In this document: positions 38,000 to 49,785 of the stretch, piece after piece
Layout: the number at the start of each line of letters is the position of its first letter
How positions within the stretch are numbered: position 1 is the first letter of the stretch
From: Ginglymostoma cirratum
Lineage: Eukaryota
Length of the DNA: 64,000 nt
Reading direction: 5' to 3'
NCBI GenBank assembly: GCA_024137785.1
Contig: JAHRHZ010000024.1
Coordinates: forward strand, 33,154,644-33,218,643
Notes under the pieces: generated by a model
The model's database searches: none
The model's input: the letters and a program-made list of their open reading frames with translations, nothing else
Told to the model about the DNA's origin: nothing
Translations under genes and position numbers: made by a program

Positions 38000-38510
38000 C
38001 TATCTAACCATGAACAAATTCCTAAGACAAGATGACAGTCACTGCTCTTGACGTCAAGACAGCATTCGACCGTATGTGGAAAAATGGAGTCATTGCAAAT
38101 TTTGGGGTAAAACTCTCCAATAGCTGTAGCAATACTAGGCACAGAGGAAGATGGTTGTGTCGGTTGGAATTCCATCAGTGTCCTTCCCGCCATTTGAAAA
38201 TGGGGGTATTTGCTGATGATTGCAACATTTTCAGTTCCCTTCACAATGTTTCAGACACTGTGTCCACATGCAGCAAGGCCTGGGCAATGTTCAAGTCTGG
38301 AATGATAAGCTGCAAGAAACAATCAGAGGGGCCAGGCAATAACCATCTCTTTCAAGAGAAAACCTAATCATCTCCCCTTGATACTGGCACAGCTGAACCT
38401 TCACCATCAACATTTTTTTTGGGGGGGGAGGTGTTGTGGGAAAGGGGTGTCATCAATGACCACATGTGAAGCAAGACTAGTGACAAAAATACTGTGGTTA
38501 CAAGACCAGA
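38000..38510 (+). mobile_element. RT fragment of the tRNA-headed LINE family
   Basis: VTALDVKTAFDRMW..MGVFADDCNIF. Confidence 0.8.
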
Positions 38511-38744
38511 ACTCAAGATCATTTGATTTCAAAATTATCCCTGTTACAACAGGGATAAGGACAGGGACTTCTTTTTTACCTCATTTCTCCTTTGAAAACT
38601 GCAGCTTTTTTTTTAGAATGAATGCACCTGACAATTCGGTGAGTGAATGACTGTTCAAGCACACTGACTGTAAAAGGTATGTAAGGCAGGTTTCATTCTC
38701 AGCTTTAAAGATATTTTACATCTGATCTAAGTAAAATAATAATT

Positions 38745-39333
38745 TGAGATAACAAGGTGCAGAGCTGGATGAACACAGCAGGCCAAGCAGCATCAGAGGA
38801 GCAGGAAAGCTGACGTTTCGGGCCTACNNNNNNNNNNNNNNNNNNNNNNNNNNNNNNNNNNNNNNNNNNNNNNNNNNNNNNNNNNNNNNNNNNNNNNNNN
38901 NNNNNNNNNNNNNNNNNNNNNNNNNNNNNNNNNNNNNNNNNNNNNNNNNNNNNNNNNNNNNNNNNNNNNNNNNNNNNNNNNNNNNNNNNNNNNNNNNNNN
39001 NNNNNNNNNNNNNNNNNNNNNNNNNNNNNNNNNNNNNNNNNNNNNNNNNNNNNNNNNNNNNNNNNNNNNNNNNNNNNNNNNNNNNNNNNNNNNNNNNNNN
39101 NNNNNNNNNNNNNNNNNNNNNNNNNNNNNNNNNNNNNNNNNNNNNNNNNNNNNNNNNNNNNNNNNNNNNNNNNNNNNNNNNNNNNNNNNNNNNNNNNNNN
39201 NNNNNNNNNNNNNNNNNNNNNNNNNNNAAACGTCAGCTTTCCTGCTCCTCTGATGCTGCTTGGCCTGCTGTGTTCATCCAGCTCTACACCTTGCTATCTC
39301 AGATTCTCCAGCATCTGCAGTTCCTACTATCTC
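38745..39333. mobile_element. Penelope family A fold-back element spanning a 400-N gap (38828-39227)
   Basis: Minus arm without tail, plus arm with tail; 13-bp TSD taaaataataatt at 38732-38744 and 39334-39346. Confidence 0.9.
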
Positions 39334-40380
39334 TAAAATAATAATTAACCAAATTTCACAGAGCCATGTATTCCAATGCAAGAATAGCAGCTTTAGATTC
39401 AAATAAGGGGAAAACTTCCATGACCATAAACTGGTCAAGTTGAAAATAATCAAGAAGCGCATACATTATCTGAGCCATGTGATGCAACATTCCCTTTTAT
39501 TAATTTATTCAACATTTTTATATAAATTTATTACACCAAGTAACGACAGGTCATTTAGAAAAAGTCCTGTAACTTACTTTCAAGCCTCATTACCAAAACA
39601 TCATCCAAATGAAGGCCACAATGATATAATGGAATATCAGCACATTTCCACAATAAGCCAATAAGTGGCCACAGCATAAACAGAATGAGCTTTCATACTT
39701 GCACTGCAGGAAGTATGTTAAGACACAATATCGTACCAAAATGGCTAAATACTGTTTGATAATGGGATTGCCTAATGATAAAAACACAAATATCTTTTGT
39801 TCTATGCACTTTAGGCTTTTTAAGCTTGAGCAAAACGTCACCCCGTTTCTAATTAAAAAACAATCAAGAGAAACCACATTCTGTAAAAACGATTTACTGG
39901 TACAACTATCATACTGGAGCAATTTTAGACAAAGTCCGATGCGCCCTTTTCAAATGCCAACCAACCAGTATTTGGCCCACGTGCTGGGAGCAGAACAAAC
40001 ATTTTTTCCTATGTGTTGTTCAAAATGCCAAAAATAATCTAAAGTTTGGAATCATGACTGTTTTAATAACAGGCCAAGCAAAAAAATCCAGGCTTGGGAC
40101 AAATCACACCACAATTTCAAGTGGTTCTGACATTCTGTCTGAAATCTCAAGCAGGTTTCAGCAGTCCCTGTCAACTGATTCATTTTCCAGGTGTCATTAC
40201 ATGAACCATTTCATTCAATACAGCATGGCCGGCCTTGGCCTTTTGACGAAGAAAACATTTCCAGCAAGCAGAGGGCTGGCAAGGTTTGGTTGGCACTTTG
40301 TGTCACTGGATCTGGGAACAGAAGTTTCCTTTGGCAGTGTGTCGCCTCTGTGTGACACTCAGTAATGGAAAGGATTTTGG

Positions 40381-40475
40381 CAAGAGCAAATTACTGCAGA
40401 TGCTGGAATCTGTACTGAAAAGAAGAAGCTGGAAATCAGCATTATCGACTCAACAGATACTGCATAGCTCTGAAC
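40381..40475 (-). mobile_element. Old Penelope terminal fragment
   Basis: gcaaattactgcagatgctggaatctgtactgaaaa, tail-like and similar to 2712-2760. Confidence 0.55.
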
Positions 40476-41487
40476 TTCAAAATGGTTCCTCCCTCTAACT
40501 CAGTTGACTATCTCTTAAAATGTATGTCAAGCGTGAACTTGTGAGAAATACTCCTGTGTGTCATAATTCTAGAAATGTAGTGAAGTCAAGTCACATTCAA
40601 ATGAATGACCAGCTCATCAGAAAACTCTACTCACTTATCAAACATCATCAAAACATATGCATAAAAAATATTCTGCTGCAGAAATCCTTGAACACTTCTA
40701 ATTGTAATGAGAAGTCTCCAAGAACATTAGCAAATACATGGTGTCACCTTGGCTCTGGTTTGCCAAATCTCAAAACCACAAAGTCCAGAGCAGGTTCTTC
40801 TCATTTTAGCTGTCAACAGTAGAATGAAAAGGCATTCAGTCTGAGCTTGACGGATCAAATTAACAAGAACAATTCCAATTGGCACATAACTTCTGCCCAG
40901 AAAGTTAACAACTTGAGCTGTTAGCAATGCACATTTAATCCCTCAATTGGGTATTAGTCATTGACCAAATGAACAAGTAAGCACCGGAGGTTCGGGGAGG
41001 CATCCAACAGCCACAATCCTATCATGAGTGTTACTATAACTGGGTTTCAAGAGCGCCAAGCCAAAATCCAGCAGTTTTACAGGATGATGTTATAGCTGAG
41101 CGCCTGACAATGAAATCTGTGAAATGCGTAAGAAATACATGATATATCACATCCAAATCAACTAAAACTGAACTTAACTTTTTTTCCCATTTCTTATAGA
41201 ACAGAGTGATTAAACAGATTATCTGTATTCAGTTTTATTTTCATACAAGAAATAAATAACTTGCATTTCTGCTACACTTTGCCACATCCTTCTGTCTCAA
41301 AAGCTCATCAGTTAACTACTTGTTACAGTTACGAGGTTGATGACATTATTATTATGTTAATGGAGTGCAACTTTAAGTTCAGAGTCAAGGAAGGGTGTCA
41401 TGTGTCCTGTTTAGTCTGTCTGACAGCAAGCCTAGAGTCAGCGCAAAGGGTTATTCTGAGGAATCAAATGGAAGTTCAGATTGTTTC

Positions 41488-41838
41488 ACTGAGATGATCC
41501 CAACAGTGCAGAAGCAGGTCATTTGGTTCATCAAGTTCACACCAATCCTCCAAAGAGCATCCCATCCAGATCCACCCTATCCCTGTAACCCTACATTTCC
41601 CATGACTAATCCACCTAGCTTGCACATCCCTGAACACACTGAGCAATTTAGCATAACTGCACCACCTAACCTATACATCTTTGGACTATAGAAGGAAACC
41701 AGAGCACCCAGAGGAAACCCGGATAGAATGAAGAGAACGTGCAAACTCTACACAGACAGTTGCCCGAGGATGGAAGCAAACCCAGGTCCTTGGTGCTCTG
41801 AGGCATCAGTGTTAACAACTCAGCCATCATGCCACCCC
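41488..41838 (-). mobile_element. HE1-like V-SINE
   Basis: Reverse complement of the 4898-5223 / 46178-46537 family. Confidence 0.88.
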
Positions 41839-41879
41839 TGACAGAACAGCCATTTGATCAAGTTACTAAAGAAGAATGC

Positions 41880-41990
41880 TAGAATATAATAATATGAAGA
41901 AGCCTTGCTAGAACTGTAGAGGACTTTGGTGAGACTTCAACTGGAATATGGTGTGCAGTTTTGGTCTCCACTTTTAAAGGAAGAATATAC
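41880..41990 (+). mobile_element. CR1 ORF2 fragment
   Basis: ctg tag agg act ttg gtg aga ctt caa ctg gaa tat ggt gtg cag ttt tgg tct cca = L*RTLVRLQLEYGVQFWSP. Confidence 0.8.
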
Positions 41991-42619
41991 ACACACTGCA
42001 GGCCTGAGTAAAAGAAACATCTAAGGAATGCCAAAACTCTTTGGAGATTTCAAAATTCATCAGAGCTTTCAAAGCAATCATCTTTATTTATAGCTCAGCT
42101 ACAAATCAAAATTGTGGAGTTTTGAAAAGCACTAATGTCTTCTATGTCACTTCATCATTTAGCAGAAGCCCAACAAGCTTTGTGCTACAAGACCGATGTT
42201 ACAAACCAACATAATCACAGTGGGGAGCCTGTTAGCTGTACAGTTTGATTGACAGCTTCAAATTGTTACAAAATAAAAGTGATAATTTTCATAACCTATT
42301 AAGTATTTCAGTGAATTTTGTTTTCCTCAGTACAGATTAGCTAAAAGAAGTTTGAAGTATTCAATGTTCACTTTAATCAACTGGTGTGTTTCCAATTAAA
42401 TACATAATGGAGAATATAAGAGGTCACTGGGAATTGGCCAATGGGTATATGAGGGTAAAAGGGATATGAGAAAGATATGAGGCTGGTGGAGGATATGTAA
42501 CAGTACAAGTTGGCATGGATGGGGTATGAGGAGCATGGTGAATGTAGAGAAATGTTGGGAGCTGCTGTTTGTTTTGCTCATTTATTGTAATAATTTCAAC
42601 ATATCACCATTTCATCCAT

Positions 42620-42713
42620 AGAGATAACAAGGTGCAGAGCTGGATGAACACAGCAGGCCAAGCAGCATCAGAGGAGCAGGAAGGCTGACGTTTCAGGCCT
42701 AGACCCTTCTTCA
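42620..42713 (-). mobile_element. Penelope family A solo arm (no tail), truncated at the hammerhead core
   Basis: gagataacaaggtgcagagc..gacgtttcaggcctagacccttcttca. Confidence 0.88.
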
Positions 42714-42734
42714 CCCAGGCAAGTCTTCTGCGCA

Positions 42735-43690
42735 TATCTTTTGGGGTTAATGGCCAAAATTGCAGGGAACCTCAGCAGTTCAGAACGAACATCCAGTGCA
42801 TCTTGGAGATAGTACACATTGGTGTTAGGAGCATCAGTAATGGAGAGTGTGAATGTTTGAGGATGTTGCACTAGTCAAACAGGTAGCTGTGTTCTGGATT
42901 GTGTCAAGCTTCTTAGGTGCTGTTGGAGGTGCACTGATCCAGGCAAGTGGGGAGTATTCTATCATACTCCAGATTTGTGTCTTATAGTTGATGGTAAGGC
43001 TTTGGAGAATAAGAAGGTGAGTAATCATTGCAAGATTCCTAGCTTCTGATCTGTTCCTGTACCCACAGTATTTATCTGGCTAGTCCAGTTCAGTTTCTGG
43101 TCAATGGTAACAACTAGATGTTGATAATGTTGGACAGAACTGCCCGTGAATATCAAGGGACAATGATCAGATTGTCTCATGTTGGAGATGGTTACTGCCT
43201 CACATTTGACCAGCATGTATGTTACTTGACTATGTCTAAGACTTCACTTTGTTAAGGTTTTGCTGCATGTGGGCATGGACTGCTTTAGTATCTGAAGAGT
43301 TGCGAATGGTGCTGAGCATTGCACAATCATCACCCCCACTGTTGATGTGATGACGGAGGAAAGGTCATCGATAAAACAGCTGGAGATGGTTGGGACGAGG
43401 AAACTACCCTGAGGAACTTCTATAGAGATGTCCCGGAGCAGAGACTGCTAGCCCCCCACAATCACAATTATCTTCCTTTCTACTACATATTACTCCAATC
43501 AGCACAAAGTTTGACCCCAATTCGCACTCTCTCCAATTCTGCTCAAGCTCCTTGACGTCATACTTGGTTGAACACTGCCTCGATGTCAAAGGGAATTACT
43601 GTGACCGCTAGAGTTCACATCTTTTGTCCATGTTTGGACCCAAGGCAGGAATGAGATGAGGAGCCAAGTAGCGGACGCAAAATAAGCATA
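42735..43690 (-). mobile_element. tRNA-headed LINE family, RT and C-terminal part
   Basis: YKTQIWSMIEYSPLAWISAPPTAPKKLDTIQN; LVVTIDQKLNWTSQIN; VQTWTKDVNS. Confidence 0.85.
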
Positions 43691-43715
43691 GTCAAGGATC
43701 CTTTCCATTAATTCA

Positions 43716-44860
43716 GAGGTAATAGATGGCCTAGTGAAACTGTTGCTGGAATAGTAATCCGGGCACACAACTAATGTTCTTGGGACTTGGGTTTGAACTC
43801 TACTATGGCAGATGTTGGAATTTAAATTTTTTTTAAATTGAATTCAATATCAAATGATGACCATGAAATTTTTGCTCAGTTTTGTTAAAACCCAAACGGT
43901 TTACTGATATTCTTTAGGGATGAAAACTAGCTGTCCATACCTGGTCTGGCCTACAGGTGACTCCAGACCCACAGGAATGTGGTTAACTCTTAAATTTCCT
44001 TTGAAATGACAGCCGTTCACTTCTATCAACCTCTAGAAAGCCTCAAAGGAGGAATGAAACCAAATGGATTAACTACCATCAACCTCGACACCAGAAACAA
44101 CAATGGCAAAGCAGGCCTAACAACCCTGCAAAGTCCTCCGTATTGACATCTTGAGGCCAGCGCCAAAATTGGGAGAACTGTCTCACGGATGAGTAAAGCA
44201 AAAGACTGACACAGTCATACTCATATTTTACACACAATATCCTAGGCAACACGATTACTTTTTCTCCTCACTCATGGGACTTCTGTGTCACTGGATGCCA
44301 GCATTTATTGCCCATTCCTAGTTGTCCTTGGTGGTACTGAGTCAGCAGAGATGGTGGCACAGTGGCATATAGTTGGGATAGAGTTGCCCTTGGAGTCTTC
44401 AACATTGACTCCAAGCACATGAGCTTTCATGGCATTAAATCAACATAGGCAAAGAAGCCTCCTGTTGATTATCATTATAATGTGATAGTTGCGTACTTGT
44501 GTGACCTCATGCTATAGAAAATCGCGTTATAGGGACATTGCTATACGCGTACAACAGAAAGTTTGCGTTCTCCAAACAGCATCCACTATTCATCAGTTGC
44601 ACCATAACTAATTTGCATTAATTAAACATGTGTTATAGCAGAAATACCTGTACAATCAAGCTAGGGGATCAGCTCTGGTTCCATGAAAAGTGCAGAAAGG
44701 CATACCAGGATCAGGACCAGGCATACCTCAGAATCAGATGTCAACCTGGAAGCTATGATTGCAGCAGTTCATGGCTGCTCACCACCACTATCTCAAAGAA
44801 ACTATGGATGGACAAGAAATGCTGGTCCAGTCAGCAATACCCATATCTCATGAATGGATG
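43716..44860 (+). mobile_element. 5' end of the tRNA-headed LINE: A/B-box head, UTR, then APE region with deletions and insertions
   Basis: tggcctagtg (43727), ggtttgaactc (43790), SINE-like body, then aagtcctcc..ccaaaattgggagaactgtctcac matching 18978-19045; TIKLGDQLWFHEKCRKAYQ. Confidence 0.85.
44485..44652. mobile_element. Possible Tc1/mariner (Tigger-like) MITE fragment
   Basis: CpG-containing insert within the LINE ending gttatagcagaaatacctg|ta; internal gttatag / gctata repeats. Confidence 0.45.
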
Positions 44861-44864
44861 AAAG

Positions 44865-46075
44865 AAAACTTCTGGCCAAAGACTATTGCAAATGTTTCAG
44901 TCTGGTCTTTCAACTGATATGCTGGGCTTGCCCAATTACTGAGGATGGGGATATTTGTGGAGCCTCCCCCTGTAGGTACTTGTTTAATTGCCCACCTTCA
45001 TTCCTGACTAGATATGACAGGGCTGCAGAGCATAGATCTGATCCATTGTTTGTGGAATCACTTAGCTCTGTCTTTCATAGGTTGCTGATACTGTCTGGAA
45101 TGCACACAGTCTTGTTTTATAGTTTCACCAGATTGACACCCCATTTTTAGGTATTTTGGTGTCACTCCTAGCATATCCTTCTAAACTCTCCATTGAACCA
45201 AGGTTGATCTGCTGGCTTGATGGTAATGTTTCAGTCGGGGACATGCCAAACCATAAGGTTACAGACTGTGAAGGAGGACAATTCTGCTGCTGCTGATGCC
45301 CAAAGTTCCATATGGATGACCAGTTTTGAATTAATAGATTTGTTCAAAGCCTGCCCATTTTAGCATGGCAGTAGTGTCACATAATTTGATCGAGGGTGTC
45401 TCAGTGTGAAGACGGGACTTGTTCTCCACAGTGACTAAACAGTGGTCACTCCTAATGATACCATCAGATGCAGGTGCAACATGTAGATTTGAGGGGACAG
45501 GTCAAGCAAATATTCACCTCATGGTTCTCTTTTCTGCAAACCTAATCAAATAGTTATATCCTTTAGGACTTGGACAGTTTGGTCAGCAGTGGTTCCTGGT
45601 GGTGAACACTGAAGTCATATAATCATAGAATTCCTGCAGTGCAGAAACAGTCTATTCACCCCATCAAGTCTGCATCACACTCCGAAAAGCATCCTACTCA
45701 GGCCCATCCCCACAATATCCTTGTAACTCCACATTTACCATGGCTAAATCCACCTAGCCTGCACATCGCTGGACACTACGAGACAATTTAGCATGGCTTA
45801 TTCACCTAGCCTGCACAGCTTTGGACTGTGGGAGGAAACCAGAATGCCCGGTGGAAACCCACATAGATACAGGGAGAACATGCAGCTCTACACAGTCAGC
45901 CACCCAAGGCTGGTACTGACCTGTGGTGATGTAAGGCAGCGCGAAGCCATCATGCCACTAAGACCCCATCTACAGTACATCCTTCACCCTTGCTACTCAG
46001 CACTTTATCCAATATAAAGTATCAACTCATTTGCTGAATGGGAGTGATAAGTACTAATCAGGAGGTCTCTTTGCT
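44865..46075 (-). mobile_element. Inverted APE-linker fragment of the tRNA-headed LINE, interrupted by an HE1 SINE
   Basis: Reverse similarity to 19260-20000 (gaggatggggatatttgtggagcctccc; gtgaagacgggactt..cagtggtcact). Confidence 0.75.
45616..45959 (-). mobile_element. HE1-like V-SINE
   Basis: Tail atcatagaattcctgcagtg; V-domain tttggactgtgggaggaaaccaga..ggaaacccac. Confidence 0.88.
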
Positions 46076-46177
46076 CAGATTTAACCCAATGTTACCTTTT
46101 CAAACTTTGCCCCTCACCCAAGGTGTGGTGACCCCCAGGTTAAACACATCACCAGTCATCTCTCTCAGATGAGAGAG

Positions 46178-46537
46178 TAGTGTGGCACAGTGGATCAGTG
46201 GTTACCACTGCTGCCTCACAGTGCCAGGGACCTGGGTTCAATCCCACTCTCAGGCAACTGCCTGTGTGGAATTTGCACATTCTCCCCATGTCTGCGTGGG
46301 TTTCCGCCAGGTGCTCTGGTTTCCTCCCACAGTCCAAAGATGAGCCAGTTAGGTGGATTGCCATGCTAAATTGCCTATCATGTCCAGGGATTTGTAGTTT
46401 AGATGCATTAGTCATGGGAAATGCAGGGTTACGGAAATAGGATAGGGGGATGGGTCTGGGTGGGATGCTCTTTGGAGTGTTGGTGTGGGTTTGTTGGGCC
46501 AAATGACCTGTTTCCACACTGTGGAGATTCTGTGATT
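46178..46537 (+). mobile_element. HE1-like V-SINE, full length
   Basis: A box tggatcagtgg, B box gggttcaatcc, V-domain ttctccccatgtctgcgtgggtttcc, CR1-type tail. Confidence 0.92.
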
Positions 46538-48194
46538 GACTATGACAACTTGGCCTTATAACAGTTTGATAATCTGACTGATCATTTTGGTGAGAAGTTA
46601 TGAGTCAAACACATTGCTGGTAACTTTCTAATTTTCAGCTTATATCTTGGTTAATGCATCAACTTCCGTTCTGGGAGTATCCATTGATTGCTCTCCCCCA
46701 CCAACTCTTTAATTTCCCAGTTCTGCATAATTATCTGTCATAGAATTTTCAACACTGCTTGATAGTTCTGTTTAACGACTGAGCGCACCTTTTAACTCTC
46801 TGAAGCCTGACTGAGCTCCTGTTGTTTCCATGAATGTCTGATTTGTTTTAAAATTCTCAAATGCTAAGTAAAATACATCAATAGTACTCTAAGTGCTACT
46901 GAAGAACAGCACATTGGACCTGTATGCACACTTCCACTAAGAGTGCAAAGTTCCTGCACAGATTATCCATTGTGGAGATAACTGAACCCAGTGTAAGCAT
47001 GCAAAACAAAAATCGACACAACGTGCCTATTAAGGGTAAACTATTTATTATAAGTCATTCTCTCAAGGGAAATAAATTGTGTCCACAATCATTAGCTTAG
47101 CAACATATGTGCTAATGCACTATTAACTTTACAAATTGAGCTGTACAGACATAAATATTACTCCAGTGATAATAGTGCACTGCTATAAAAGATTAAGCCA
47201 TTAAAGAGTTATAAAAGCATAACTTTTCTGATATATCGCAGACAGAAGTGCAAATTCTTCATGGTTAAAGGAAGCTATAATTTTCGGCTTCATTTTGCTT
47301 TGAATTGAGGATTCATACATGGATTTGATCGCAGTTCCCTTGAGTGTTAACTCTTGAGAACAGAATATTAAAGAACTGTTGCCACCACTCGAAAGTACTG
47401 ATGTGCTCCCCATAAATATTAGCAAAGGTAATTTGCAGCAACGGTGTTCCTATTTTGAATACACATTCAGCTTCAAATAAATATTTGCACGAAAGATCCA
47501 TGCTCTTCAGTGTTATTTACAATGTGGAAGCAGTAAACAGGCCATAAACTACTTGGAATTCTCTGTGGACACCCTGACATACTTGCTTCGCAAGCAATAC
47601 CCTAGGTATTCGTGTCAACAACTCAATAACCAAAAGCTCTCATATGCTATCAAAGCAATTACTGCTTTAACCTTCAGTGCCCCAATGCAGGCTAATTTTA
47701 ACAAGATAATTCACCCCGGAGTCAATGGAATATGCAATGCAACAACAGAAAAAGGATATACTCTGTGTGGGATCACATTTTCTTAGCTGTTCTCAGCCCT
47801 TGAAAGTGTTAGGAAGAAGGATAAACAAGGCACAAAGGAACTAGCAGCATGCCATACAAAGCATTAACTGAAAAATGAAATATTGTTCCACAAAACAGAT
47901 GGAGTAATTCATTAAAAGAAGTTTTAATAACAAACTATCAATCACAGAAACGCAATGTCTACTGAAGTATCACAACATGCTGTTTTAAGTTTTGTACGCA
48001 TGATGAAAGACGCAGTAACAATCAATTTTGGGATTTGAATTTTGAAAGAGAGGAAAATGGATGCGAATCAGTTCTGCGCGTTTTTCTTTAGAGAGGTCAG
48101 AAAGTCTATTTTGAACACTGATCTAAATATATGGATTCCAATAAAACGTGACTATAGTACTCTACTGGTATAACCGTATTACGTTAACAGACAA

Positions 48195-48389
48195 ACATTG
48201 ACACTGGAGAAACTAGCAGAATCTGACAGAATCTGTTGAGACAGAAAATGTGTTAATGGGATTGTTTTTATTCCAGATTTGAAGCATAAGCTCTGTTTCA
48301 CTCTCTACATATGTTGCCAGACCCGTTGAATTTCTCCAGCATTTTGTGTTGGTTTCAGATTCCAGCACCTGGAGTATCTTGCTTTTTTT
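48195..48389. mobile_element. Old Penelope family B fold-back
   Basis: ctggagaaactagcagaatctgacaga opposed to tgccagacccgttgaatttctccag, plus tail ttcagattccagca. Confidence 0.65.
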
Positions 48390-49202
48390 AAAGCACTCAC
48401 AGTGTTGTGTTTGTGGTAGGCAGAGGAAACTAGTTTAAAGTTGCCCGGTATTGACACCATCTCGAATCACAACCATCCCTGAACAAACCTTGCTGCTCTA
48501 AGTGGAGATTAATTTTCTCCTTCACTACTTTCTCCAACAGATTCCCTGCCACTGAAATTAGACTCACGAGTCTACAGTTACCTGGTCTATCTCTGTCACC
48601 TTTCTCAAAGTGGAAACACGTTTGCAGTCTTCCAGTCCTCTGGGTTCTCCCGTGGCCAGAGATGATTTTAAAATCTGCATCAGAGCCCCACTGATTTCCT
48701 CCTTTATTTCCACAGCAGCCTGAGAATCAACTCATCCGGACTTGGGGATGTGTCCACTTTTAAACCCGCCAAAACATCCAATGCCTCATCGCTTCTTATA
48801 TCAATCTGCTCAAGAATTTGACAGCCCATTTTCTCAAATTCTGTACTTGCATCCTCCTTCTCTCAGGTAAAAGACAGATGTGAAGTACTCATTTAACACT
48901 CAACCGATGTCCTCTTGCTTCATGCACAGATTGCCCCCTTGGTTCCTAACTGGCTCTACTCTTTCCCTGGTTATTCCCTTCTCCTTGATACATTTGCAGA
49001 ATATCTTGAAATTGTCCATGATCTTGTCCATCAGCATTTTGTCATGCTTCCCCTTCACTCTCCTAATTGTTTTCTTGAGATCCCACCTTTCTACACTCCT
49101 CCAGGATCTCCTTTGTTTTGCTGAATTAGCGCCTGTTATACACCTCTTTTCCTTTTTATCCAATCCTGAGTATTCCTGGACATCCAGGGTTCTCTGGGCT
49201 TA

Positions 49203-49785
49203 TGGCTCACCAAGCTGGCTTGTTTTTGTTCAAACATTTCATCACCATTCTAGGTGACATCATCAGTGGACCCTCTGATGAAGCGATGTCATTCTACTCC
49301 GCTTGGAATTTATACTGTCTGCTCCGTTATGGTGAGTACTGTCATTTCCACTTTTGATCTGTGTGGGTTTATATATGGGGTCCAATTCTATATGTTTGGT
49401 GATTGAAGTAAGGATGGAGAACCATGCCTCTACGAATTCCTGTGCATGTCTATGTTTGGCTTGGGCTACTATGGTTACCATGTCCCAGTTAAAATGATGG
49501 CCTTCATTGTCTGAATGTACAGATATTAAGGAGAGTTCCTTATTGGATTGGACACCATATACAAACCCATACAGATCAAAACCGGAAGTGACACTGCTCA
49601 CCATAACGGATCAGACAACATAAATTCCAAGTGGAGTAGAATAACATTGCTTCATCGGAGGCTCCATTGATGATGTCACCTAACATGATGATGAAACGTC
49701 TGAGCAAAAACAAGCCAACTCAGTGAATAAGTCAACAAACTCATCCACAACCCGAGCTACAGATCTTTGCCAATATTTTAAACAA
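49203..49785. mobile_element. Penelope family E (Poseidon-like) fold-back inserted in CR1
   Basis: Minus arm encodes SLISVHSDNEGHHFNWD..EFVEAWFS..IELDPIY (GIY-YIG C-terminus); plus arm 49545-49785 is its inverted copy with extra tail. Confidence 0.88.
49231..49268 (-). ncRNA. Hammerhead motif with 6-bp stem II (family E); second copy at 49665-49702 (+)
   Basis: CUGAUGA-U-GUCACC(UAGAAU)GGUGAU-GAAA-UGUU on minus; plus copy UUGAUGA..GAAACGUC; each copy carries transition mutations. Confidence 0.65.

Noticed and set aside
39590-40927. Cluster of ~100-aa ORFs on both strands
   Set aside because: No domain similarity or exon structure; better treated as non-coding
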